This document shows positions 55,642 to 64,000 of a stretch of 64,000 bases of DNA, piece by piece (within the stretch, counting starts at the first letter, position 1; each line of letters opens with the position of its first letter). Origin of the DNA: Candidatus Micrarchaeia archaeon. GTDB taxonomy: Archaea; Micrarchaeota; Micrarchaeia; Anstonellales; J096. Position numbers and translations under genes: made by a program. Where the stretch lies: positions 11,333 through 75,332 of the forward strand of contig JBGQMY010000003.1 in assembly GCA_041500865.1 (NCBI GenBank), in the 5' to 3' direction. Below the pieces are notes generated by a model that saw only the letters and a program-made list of their open reading frames with translations, did not search any database and was not told the origin of the DNA.

Positions 55642-56544
55642 TTATTTCGGCAGCCGTTGGGCTAGCGCATCAAGCTCTTTCAGCACCCTGTCCGGCGAAT
55701 ATTCCTTAAGTTTCTTGACAACGTTTTTGTCGTCCAGCATCTTCCCCTCAAGCGGGATTGCAACCCCGTCAACGGTTGAAGGGTCGTTCATGTGCAGCGA
55801 AAACGGGCAGCGGCCGAGCTTGCCTGGCGGCGTCTGCGAAGGGTCTATGATTATGCGGCCAGGCAGCTTTTCATGGCCCCCTGAAACCTCGAGGCCCGTC
55901 TTCCTTTTCACTATGGCTGTCCACCTGCCCACGAACGAGCCGAGCGGGTCGGACTTGCTGTACCCAAGGTGCCTGCTGTAGAAATCAGCCGCAACCGGCT
56001 TTTCCAGCATCAGGTAGACGTGGAACGAGCTGCCTGTGTACATGGCAAACGGCTGGAACGGCGCCAAGGCGGAAAACTCCTTGTCTGCCTTTATGGTTTC
56101 AAGCAGTGTCTTTGCAGCAAGCTGCGCATCCTCGCCGCTCGCAGTCCCGCCCCTGTCTATGTCTATGAATATCCTGTCAATCGTTTTCCCTTTTTCGCCA
56201 TTTACGGCATAGAAAAAATCGGCAAGCTTGCGCGGCGGGAAATAGCGCCATATCTTTCCCTGTAACGGAGTAATATTGTCTTTTGCGTCCTCAAGGTGCC
56301 TGCCTTCGCTTCTTTGCTTGAGAAAGGCGTCGTCAACGCCTTTTGCCAGCTCCTCGGAATACAATGGAGAAAGGTATGAGCCGCGGTTCAGGAACGGCTT
56401 TGCGGCTTTCGGAATCAGCACCTTCGCCGCTATTTCTTTTCCCTTAAGGAAACCTGCCAATTTGGCAGCAACCCTAGAATAATAGCCAACAACGTCCAAG
56501 TCCCCGAACGGATGCAGCGCGTCTGCCATGGAAGCATAGCGCAA
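55642..56544 (-). CDS. AEP-superfamily primase/polymerase (LigD Pol-like)
   Basis: DRIFIDID (DxD), YTGSSFHVY, IIIDPSQ..CPFSL. Confidence 0.7.
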   Translation of the reverse strand: MRYASMADALHPFGDLDVVGYYSRVAAKLAGFLKGKEIAAKVLIPKAAKPFLNRGSYLSPLYSEELAKGVDDAFLKQRSEGRHLEDAKDNITPLQGKIWRYFPPRKLADFFYAVNGEKGKTIDRIFIDIDRGGTASGEDAQLAAKTLLETIKADKEFSALAPFQPFAMYTGSSFHVYLMLEKPVAADFYSRHLGYSKSDPLGSFVGRWTAIVKRKTGLEVSGGHEKLPGRIIIDPSQTPPGKLGRCPFSLHMNDPSTVDGVAIPLEGKMLDDKNVVKKLKEYSPDRVLKELDALAQRLPK

Positions 56545-56723
56545 CCAACGCTTAAAAGGCTAATTGATTGGGTGCAGATAATTCCTTGTACGCGTTTCAG
56601 CCCTGCCAGCCAAAGGAAGCGGATTTTTCGCTGATGCATTCGTCTCAAAACAAAGGGTTTCCTTCGTCATTCTGCAAAGGCAGCATAGCAAACGTTATAA
56701 ACCAAGCTTCCCAAGCATAAAAA

Positions 56724-58265
56724 GTGGCTGAAACAATAAACGAGAACACCAGCGGCAGGCCGGTTTCCCCTGCGCGCTGCAGCGTAAGGGAAGCGAGCAG
56801 GCAGATGAACGTAAGGAAGCTCAGGAAGATGGGCATTGACTTTTTTGTCGGCGTGTCAAAGGAAAGGGCGGAAATGCGAAGGCCGCTGGCAATACCGATA
56901 TCTTCCCCCACAGAAGAACAGAGGCTTGTCGGGAAGGCAATCTCCATAAAAGTTGTCGGAAGGAGCAGAAAAAGATACGGCATAATGAGCGACAGCGAAA
57001 CGACAGTGAACGAAAACGGCAGGACATTCAAGGTCCTGGACGCAAAGTTCATAGACAACGGAAACATCAAGAAGATGCACCTGGAATATGACGTAACGGA
57101 GCTTGTGCAGGCAGGGGCAAGGCCGGAAGAGATACCTATCGTGGAGTTCACTGCAGACGAAAGCGGCGTGCTGACCTACGCAAGCAGGCAATATGAGGCA
57201 AACATCGAAGAATATGGTAATAGCACAGGCTATTCGCTCGGCAGGCCAAGGGACGGCGTTGTCGGAAAATACATGATAAATTCATTCATGGAGGGCAAGG
57301 AGCGCGAGGAGATGGAAAATATATTCCGGGAGGCAAAGGGCGGATTCCACGTCTTGAAGGAGATAAACCTCCCGTTCTTCCTCATGTGCCTAAGCTGCTG
57401 CATGGGGCTGCAGTGCAAGGGCAGCAACATGACGAACGTCGCCTTGTCCTACGTCGTCAAAGGCGGCACGTTCTTTTACGGGGCAATAAACAACTCCAGG
57501 CTCAGCGAAAAGGAATGGAGGCAGGTCTGGGAGGCCATGGCAAAGGAAAAGCGCTGGTGGAAAATGCCCAGGAGACGCGAAATAAGGAAGGCTGACAGGC
57601 GCGATATGGGCAAGGGCGGCGAAAGGCTTATCGCGCTGCTTTCGGCGGCGGCATGGGCGTCGTCATCTCCGTCAAACGGAAAAAGGCAGGACAAGGCAAA
57701 GGAAGACGCAATGATTGCCGTTCCTGTAAGTAAAGCCGCGGCAGCCGCAGAAACCCAAAAATATTTCTCGCAAAAGACATTCCGAGGCATAATGGAAAGG
57801 CTGGAAAGCAAAACAAATGCAGGGGCAAAGGCCAAAGCGCCTGTTGCGGCAGCTATGTCCATGCTTGGCATAAGCGCATTTGCAAGGATGGACATCCGTT
57901 CTGTCAAGATTGCGTTCATGCATGCCGCGGCACAGCCCTGGCCGTTGCACCATGCGGCAATGGCGCGCACGCCATGGGCTGCAAAGGCAGTTTTCACGTC
58001 AGCCTTGCCATCAGCTTCGCCTGCGGCGCAAAGGCGCGCAAGCCCGGCTTTTGGCAGGGCGCGCAGCAAGGCGGCAAAGGCAGCAATTGGCTATGCCATG
58101 ATGATTGCGGCTGCTTTCACCAGGCATGCGAAACGCAAGAAAGCAAGGAAAAATGGCGATGCTGGCGGAATAATGCTGAACATACTGTCCTATATCGCAT
58201 CAGGCGTAAGGACATATATGCAGCTTAGGCAGGTTTCATACTACCCTTATGCCGAGCATCTTTGA
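56724..58265 (+). CDS. Hypothetical protein, tandem paralog A
   Basis: About 280-aa N-domain and C-terminal ILSY..GVR..SYYPY shared with 58377-59966. Confidence 0.75.
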   Translation: MAETINENTSGRPVSPARCSVREASRQMNVRKLRKMGIDFFVGVSKERAEMRRPLAIPISSPTEEQRLVGKAISIKVVGRSRKRYGIMSDSETTVNENGRTFKVLDAKFIDNGNIKKMHLEYDVTELVQAGARPEEIPIVEFTADESGVLTYASRQYEANIEEYGNSTGYSLGRPRDGVVGKYMINSFMEGKEREEMENIFREAKGGFHVLKEINLPFFLMCLSCCMGLQCKGSNMTNVALSYVVKGGTFFYGAINNSRLSEKEWRQVWEAMAKEKRWWKMPRRREIRKADRRDMGKGGERLIALLSAAAWASSSPSNGKRQDKAKEDAMIAVPVSKAAAAAETQKYFSQKTFRGIMERLESKTNAGAKAKAPVAAAMSMLGISAFARMDIRSVKIAFMHAAAQPWPLHHAAMARTPWAAKAVFTSALPSASPAAQRRASPAFGRARSKAAKAAIGYAMMIAAAFTRHAKRKKARKNGDAGGIMLNILSYIASGVRTYMQLRQVSYYPYAEHL

Positions 58266-58376
58266 GGCCGTCCTCATCCGAACCCATAGCGTTACTGTTG
58301 CGGTTTGTCATAGCCTTCGTCATTGGGCGAAGAAGCCATGGCATCATTTAAAAACCAGACTGGGCAACCGTAAAAC

Positions 58377-59966
58377 GTGGGAATCGATATAATTGAAAAC
58401 AGGAGCGGCAGCCCGAAATCGCCTGTCTCCTACCAGATACGCCAGACCGCAATGCAGAACAGGATGGACAGGCTGGCGTGCTACACCATAAACAATTACG
58501 TGGGCATGTACAAGGAAATCGTCAACCCAAAAAGCTTCCTTGTGCCCATATCATCTGTCGCTGCAGGCCAGAGGCTGATAAGAAAAACGATACATACTGA
58601 AACGGTAGGCAGGAGCGACGAAAAATACGGCATAATAAGCGATGGCGAAAGATTCGTCTCGGAAAACGGCAGGACGCTGAAGAGGATAGAGGCAACGTTC
58701 ATAGACAACGGAAACGTAAAGAGGATGCAGGTTGAATACGACATAACGGAGCTCGTGAATGCCGGCGCAAAGCCGGAAGAGATACCCATACTGGAGTTCA
58801 CGACCGACGCCAACGGCGTGCTGATATACGCAAGCAGGCAATACGACGACAACATAGACGCCTACAAGAGGAAGACGGGATATGATAAAGGAGTTTACAG
58901 GGACGGCGTCGTCGGAAAATACAACATCAAGAGCTTCATGATAGGAAGGCAGCAGCAGGAGATGGAAAACATATTCCAGGAGACAAGGTCCGGATTCCAC
59001 GTAATAAGGGAGATAAACGTTCCTTTCTTCCTGAGTTTTGGCCTGCACTGCAAGGACAGCAACATGACGAACGTCGTTGTCTCGTATATCATGCAGGACG
59101 GGATGCTTTTCTACGGCGCAATAAACAACTCCAAGCAGAGCGACAGGGAGTGGAAAAGGGTATGGATAGGCATAACCAAGAGGAAGTTCTGGAGGATAAG
59201 GGCAAGGAAATTCAGGAGGGAAAGGATTGACCCGAGGGAAGTTGGAATTGGCGGCGCAGCCATGCTGCAGTTCGCCGCGCTGGGCCCGGCGGCATCAATG
59301 GGATTTTCCGGAATGGAAACAAGGGAATCAAGGCTTCTGGCGCGCTTTGCAAAGGGCGGGGCGGCATTCGGGAACGCAAGGCCGCCTAAAAAAGGGGGCT
59401 CTTCTGGAGCAGGCGGCAATCTTGGCTACGCCAGGCCATTGCCTATGGGCTATTTTTCAAGCAAGATGGGCAATGCCATAAATGCGATGCTGAAGTCCAA
59501 GGCAAAAGCCATATCTGCCAACGTATCGCTCATCAGGCTTTCAACAAGGGCGCTTTATGCAAGCCCGACGCTGGTCATGGGCCTGAGCGTTATAAGGCAC
59601 CTAGACGCATCTGCGATGAAGGCTGCATTCCTGAACCCCGCGAGGGCAAAGGCGGCGCATAAAGCCCCGGCGAGGGCAATGGCAAAAGCGGCGCTGCCCT
59701 CTGCTGCGATAAGCGCATACTACGGCATAAGGAAGGGCGTTGCGGCCATCTCCTCAGGGACAAGGAAAAGCATAATGGGGTATGTTGCGTCCATGGCAGC
59801 GGCATTCAGGAAAGAAGCCGGCAGGATAGGCGCAAGGCTGGAAAAGGAGGCCAACTGCCTGATGATAAGGATACTCTCTTACGTAACGTTTGGCGTAAGG
59901 AGGCACATCGAGATAAGGAATATCTCATACTACCCTTATGTCGAACGTTTTGGATGTCTTGTCTAG
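58377..59966 (+). CDS. Hypothetical protein, tandem paralog B
   Basis: FIDNGN.K.M..EYD.TELV.AGA.PEEIPI.EFT conserved with paralog A. Confidence 0.75.
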   Translation: MGIDIIENRSGSPKSPVSYQIRQTAMQNRMDRLACYTINNYVGMYKEIVNPKSFLVPISSVAAGQRLIRKTIHTETVGRSDEKYGIISDGERFVSENGRTLKRIEATFIDNGNVKRMQVEYDITELVNAGAKPEEIPILEFTTDANGVLIYASRQYDDNIDAYKRKTGYDKGVYRDGVVGKYNIKSFMIGRQQQEMENIFQETRSGFHVIREINVPFFLSFGLHCKDSNMTNVVVSYIMQDGMLFYGAINNSKQSDREWKRVWIGITKRKFWRIRARKFRRERIDPREVGIGGAAMLQFAALGPAASMGFSGMETRESRLLARFAKGGAAFGNARPPKKGGSSGAGGNLGYARPLPMGYFSSKMGNAINAMLKSKAKAISANVSLIRLSTRALYASPTLVMGLSVIRHLDASAMKAAFLNPARAKAAHKAPARAMAKAALPSAAISAYYGIRKGVAAISSGTRKSIMGYVASMAAAFRKEAGRIGARLEKEANCLMIRILSYVTFGVRRHIEIRNISYYPYVERFGCLV

Positions 59967-60293
59967 CACCTTGTCAAAGTCAAGATAGTGGTCAAACGCT
60001 ATTATCTGCATCGTATAGGACCCCTGCTCCGTCTGCGTTGAGCCATAAACCCTCACCACGAAGGATCCCTCGCCGTGCGGGGCCACTGTGCCGAGGTTCT
60101 TTGTGGCCCGCTTGTGCACCATGGTCCTGTCAAAGCCAATCACCCCTCTTGAAAGGATGTTGACGTCGACGGAAACGAGCTTCTCCTCATCAGCCGTGTT
60201 GTGCACCGTTATGGTCAAATCGGCCGTGTTGTCAGGCCCCTTTGTAGAAAGCCTCAAAGGAAGGAGGCTATGGGATATTTTCAGTCCAGGCAT
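59925..60293 (-). CDS. Small Ig-like hypothetical protein
   Basis: Beta-strand pattern (LTITVHN..LGTVAP..GSYTMQI). Confidence 0.6.
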   Translation of the reverse strand: MPGLKISHSLLPLRLSTKGPDNTADLTITVHNTADEEKLVSVDVNILSRGVIGFDRTMVHKRATKNLGTVAPHGEGSFVVRVYGSTQTEQGSYTMQIIAFDHYLDFDKVLDKTSKTFDIRVV

Positions 60294-60315
60294 ATAATCA
60301 CACAGGTTACGATTA

Positions 60316-61569
60316 TCATGAAGCCTTTTTATTCTTTGTCCTAATCCTGCCCAAAAGCGCCTTTGCGGACCCGGAGTCGTACTTCCCCTTTTCCGAAAGC
60401 CCTTTTGCCAGCTCGCCTATCTCGTCGCCCCTTGCGCCGGCCTGTATGGCGATATTGCGGGCATGCAGCCTCATGTGGCCCTTCTGTATGCCTTCCGTCG
60501 AAAGGGCATACATGGCCGCGAAGTTGTTGGCAAGGCCTATGCAGCCCATCACCTGGGCAAGCTCAGCCGCCGATTTGACCCCAAGCATGGAAAGGCACGC
60601 TTTCGCGTGCTTCAGGGTGCCTACTGCGCCTCCGGCGGTGGCAACCGCAAGCGGCCCCTCGAATGTCCCTACGAGATTCCCTTTTTCAATGGAATATGAA
60701 ACAAACGGCTTCATGCCAATCAGCGCGGAATAGGTGTGCAGGCCTGCCTCAACCGCCCTCCAGTCGTTGCCCGTAGCCAGCGCAACGGCGTCTATGCCGT
60801 TCATCGCGCCCTTGTTGTTGGTTGCCAGCCTGTATGGGTCGTTGAGCGCAAAAGCGTATGCGTCAATAACGCCATTCGCGCCTTCCTTCCCTATTTTTTC
60901 TTCTGTCCACACTGCCTTTGCCCTCACCATCCGCCTTGTGGCAAGGTTGGAGATTATCCTGAGTATGTATCTGCCGTTGACTGCGTTTGCGACAAGCCCT
61001 CCGAGCTCCTCTGCAGCCGTGTTTATCATGTTTGCGCCCATGGCATTTCCGACGTCGACATAAAATTCCGCAATCAGGTAATCTCCATTAAAAGTCTTAA
61101 TTTTCTTGAATGACATGCCCCTCCATCCGCCGCCGTATTTCTCAAGGCTGGAGACAGATTCCCTGCCTTTTTCCTCCAGCTCCGGCTTTGCCTTTTCAGC
61201 AAGCCTTTCTGCGGCAGCCGCGTCATTGACCTTTACCTGTATCTGGCCTGTCATCTCGTTGCCAAGGCTTTGTGCAGCGAATCCGCCCGGAAGCGTGAGC
61301 TTGCATGCCTTGCACGCCGCTGCAACAACGGACGGCTCCTCCAGCATCATGGGCACAATGTATTTTTTGCCGTTCATCACAAAGTCCCGCACGACGCCTA
61401 TCGGGAGCGAGCCTGCGCCTATCATGTTCTCTATCATGCCTTCCAGCTCTTCGGGCGTTGAAGGCCGCGACAGGGCGTCCATGCTGTCCTTCCGGGCGCC
61501 TTCGCCGATGAGCGCGCTGCGCCTTTCAGCGATGGGCATCTGGTAGAATTTTTTCGTGCTTTCTGCCAT
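60316..61569 (-). CDS. mvaA: HMG-CoA reductase, class II
   Basis: ENMIG, EEPSVVAA, AMGANMIN, TNNKG, GNDWRAVEA, GIQKGHMRLH. Confidence 0.93.
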   Translation of the reverse strand: MAESTKKFYQMPIAERRSALIGEGARKDSMDALSRPSTPEELEGMIENMIGAGSLPIGVVRDFVMNGKKYIVPMMLEEPSVVAAACKACKLTLPGGFAAQSLGNEMTGQIQVKVNDAAAAERLAEKAKPELEEKGRESVSSLEKYGGGWRGMSFKKIKTFNGDYLIAEFYVDVGNAMGANMINTAAEELGGLVANAVNGRYILRIISNLATRRMVRAKAVWTEEKIGKEGANGVIDAYAFALNDPYRLATNNKGAMNGIDAVALATGNDWRAVEAGLHTYSALIGMKPFVSYSIEKGNLVGTFEGPLAVATAGGAVGTLKHAKACLSMLGVKSAAELAQVMGCIGLANNFAAMYALSTEGIQKGHMRLHARNIAIQAGARGDEIGELAKGLSEKGKYDSGSAKALLGRIRTKNKKAS

Positions 61570-61691
61570 GCTTCACGGTGGCAGGGGACGTTTTAAAAAT
61601 ATTGCCAGGCTGGCAACGGCGGCTGACGACGCCGGGCATGGCCCATGCTAAGGACGATATAAAATAAAATTAAAAAGAAAGGAAAATGGGC

Positions 61692-62390
61692 TCACTGGAG
61701 CTGCAGGTAGAAATAATACGTCTCTGTCCCGGACTGCGCTGTAGGCAGCATGAGGGCGTAGTTCCTCAGAAGCCCGTCAAACGTGAATCCTGCGCTTATC
61801 ACCGGTGCGCAGAACACGTACGACGCCTTTGCGGTTCCGCTGTCCTGCTTGGCAACGCATGTGTCTGTCGCTGCGCTCACTTTCGAGGTGTTGACTGCGT
61901 CCGACGCTATGATGCTGAGTCCGGTAACATTTGTCAGGGTGCAGTTCTGCGTCATGGTCTTGACGGCAGTGTCCACATCGGTAGAGACTGAGAATCCCCA
62001 CGCCGTGTCAACCCCCCCGCCCGTCCCGTTCGCGGTTATCGTGCCCATCGAGCTGTTTGTGGATGCGCATACGACGGCCCCGCTTATCGGGCTCCACGTC
62101 CATGTATAGAACACTACAGTGCTGTTCTTCGCAAGGACGATGCTTCCGGATATGTTACCGTAGATGCCCGCCCATTTGGAGGTGGACGAATTGGCGCCGA
62201 TGTTCACGTCTGAAACGTTTCCCCCCGCAGTCACGAATCCGCCTGCAGCCGTTGCGGAATACTTTCCTGACGTTCCCATCGTCCAGTTTGATGCAGGCGT
62301 GATGGCAAATGCCAGCGCCATTATTCCTAGTACGGCTATTACTATCATTACGGGTGTTATTGTCGCCATCTTGTTCATTGTTGTCACCAT
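61692..62390 (-). CDS. Secreted Thr/Ser-rich surface protein
   Basis: N-terminal hydrophobic segment; WAGIYGNISG; C-terminal YYFYLQLQ. Confidence 0.7.
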   Translation of the reverse strand: MVTTMNKMATITPVMIVIAVLGIMALAFAITPASNWTMGTSGKYSATAAGGFVTAGGNVSDVNIGANSSTSKWAGIYGNISGSIVLAKNSTVVFYTWTWSPISGAVVCASTNSSMGTITANGTGGGVDTAWGFSVSTDVDTAVKTMTQNCTLTNVTGLSIIASDAVNTSKVSAATDTCVAKQDSGTAKASYVFCAPVISAGFTFDGLLRNYALMLPTAQSGTETYYFYLQLQ

Positions 62391-62489
62391 CTTTATTTAC
62401 ACTCAACCAATTTTTAAATGTTTCGCCTCGAACACTGCAATACTTCAAAGACGGCACACGTATAAAGATAAGGGATTTTGCCAACAGCC

Positions 62490-62640
62490 GTTCCTTTTGG
62501 GGCAAAGACAGGTAGTTTTTCTTTTCGTTGAACCATTTTCTTTTTCTAAAAAAGGGACTTTTGCGCCATCAGGCGCCAAAAGTAGCTTCTTTTGGGGTGA
62601 AGACTTTTTCTTCTCTGAAGAAAAAGGATCAAAGGTCACT
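62490..62640. repeat. Modular palindromic intergenic repeat array
   Basis: 62557-62602 matches 570-615 at 43/46. Confidence 0.75.
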
Positions 62641-64000
62641 TCTGCTTTTTGGCCTCTGCAGTTGCCTCGGCAGGCTTCCTTCTCGTAATAAAGAAGGCGG
62701 CGGCTATTATTATGATTGCAAGAATTATTACGGCGGCTGCTGCGAAAAGCGGCGTTGAGTCCTCCTGCATCTGCGCGGCAAAGGACGCGGCATTGAGCAG
62801 GAAGCCGTCCCTTGCTCCGTAATCCACCTTCACGGAAACGGACTTGACTGAATCGCCGAACGGAAGCATGTCGTACATCACAACCCTTGTCTCGCCAGGC
62901 TCCAGGGGAAATATCCTGTCGTCCCTGAAGCTGACTGCCGAGCCTGCGGCATCGGTTGCCAAAACCGTGACCTTGTAGTAGGCACTCACTGTTCCGTTGT
63001 TCCTCAGAAGGAAGGAAAGCGCCTTCCTGCCTGCGTCGTACTTGGCGTTCTCCACTGATGCGGACGACAGGTCCGTGAACGTTATGGACGATATGTTCCT
63101 CGTGTCCATGAACGCGCTGTCCAGCGAGAGGTTGGACAGGCCGTAAAGCACGGACGTCTCCGCGACCATGGCGCCTTCCGAGTTTGCCGGGATGGTTAAA
63201 TTCAGCGAATATCCCTTCTTCTCATCCGGATTGACGAAGTCCCTTATGGAGGGAAAGACGCCGGCTACATTGTTGCCCACATAGGCCTTGACGCCCATGG
63301 ACAGGTAAGCCGGGGCGTTCCCGCTGTTGCCTATCGTTATGTCCAGCGTCTTCGTGTTCGTGTTGTATGCGGCTGAGTCTATATACGGCTCCGCATACGG
63401 CCCTGGCAGGACGATTGTGTCGGATTCCTGCGGCGTGTTGGACGAGAACGGGACCGCCTCGCCTATCTTCAGCCTTGCTATGACCCTGTTGGCGCCAAAC
63501 TCGGCGTCCATGCCTTTCTTCATGTTGTATACCGGCTGTACGAATTCGCTGCCTATGATGTTGAGTATAATCTGCCCCTTTGACGCCTGCTCATGCACGA
63601 AGCCCTGCGTGGCGTCCGGGATTATCGAGGAAACGAAAAGCACCGGGCTGTTGGCGTTTATGAGCGACTCCTCTATCTCGTTGCCGTCGGAAAGAAGGAA
63701 CGTGCTTGTGCTGCTTTCGGATATGTACCTATTGACCATCTCAACGTTGTCCAGGTATTTGTCCCTATTGTTTACTATTTCGTACTTTATCCCGGCCGCG
63801 TCAAGCGCATTGGGTATTTCCGGGGAAACGTAGCCGAACAGTATCACGGGCTTGCCTTTCACGGTTTGGGCTATCGCCTGCGCGTTGTCCTTGAACCCGA
63901 GCATGAGGTAGTATTTCGTGAACTCTCCCAGCACTAAAGTGCTGGGCTTCTCTGCTGATGCGGGATAAACGACGGCATGAACATCTGGCGGCGCTCCTCA
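62636..64000 (-). CDS. Surface protein with C-terminal TM anchor (start probably beyond window)
   Basis: Ig-like segments, C-terminal TM and basic tail. Confidence 0.7.

Overview
Archaeal chromosomal window, most consistent with a DPANN/Micrarchaeota-like genome. Housekeeping genes include rpl1-rpl10-rpl12-eIF5A-rps24e-aspS, rps6e-eIF2gamma, rfcS, hisS, map, trm5, type II IDI and class II HMG-CoA reductase. There are 7 tRNAs, two with BHB introns, one of them a rare tRNA-Ile(UAU). The main find is a diversity-generating retroelement on the minus strand: target gene (8472-9383), then TR (8204-8292), then RT (7071-8174). Its VR (8710-8798) differs from the TR at 20 positions, all adenines in the TR. 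Unusual features: the VR is internal to the gene, a GAA-triloop hairpin lies inside the coding sequence, no avd gene is visible, and the TR is enclosed in a nested RNA structure closed by a 15-bp inverted repeat. A remote paralogous target (54759-55553) has a VR-like stretch and the same hairpin but does not match this TR. Other accessory features: ten ankyrin-repeat genes (five sharing a C-terminal FxxC motif), a 1816-aa protein with a beta-barrel-like C-terminus, a minimal [FeFe]-hydrogenase, a RelE-type toxin-antitoxin pair, modular palindromic intergenic repeats, and recurrent short direct repeats copying tRNA or gene ends around inserted DNA. All calls come from reading the sequence; no database searches were run.
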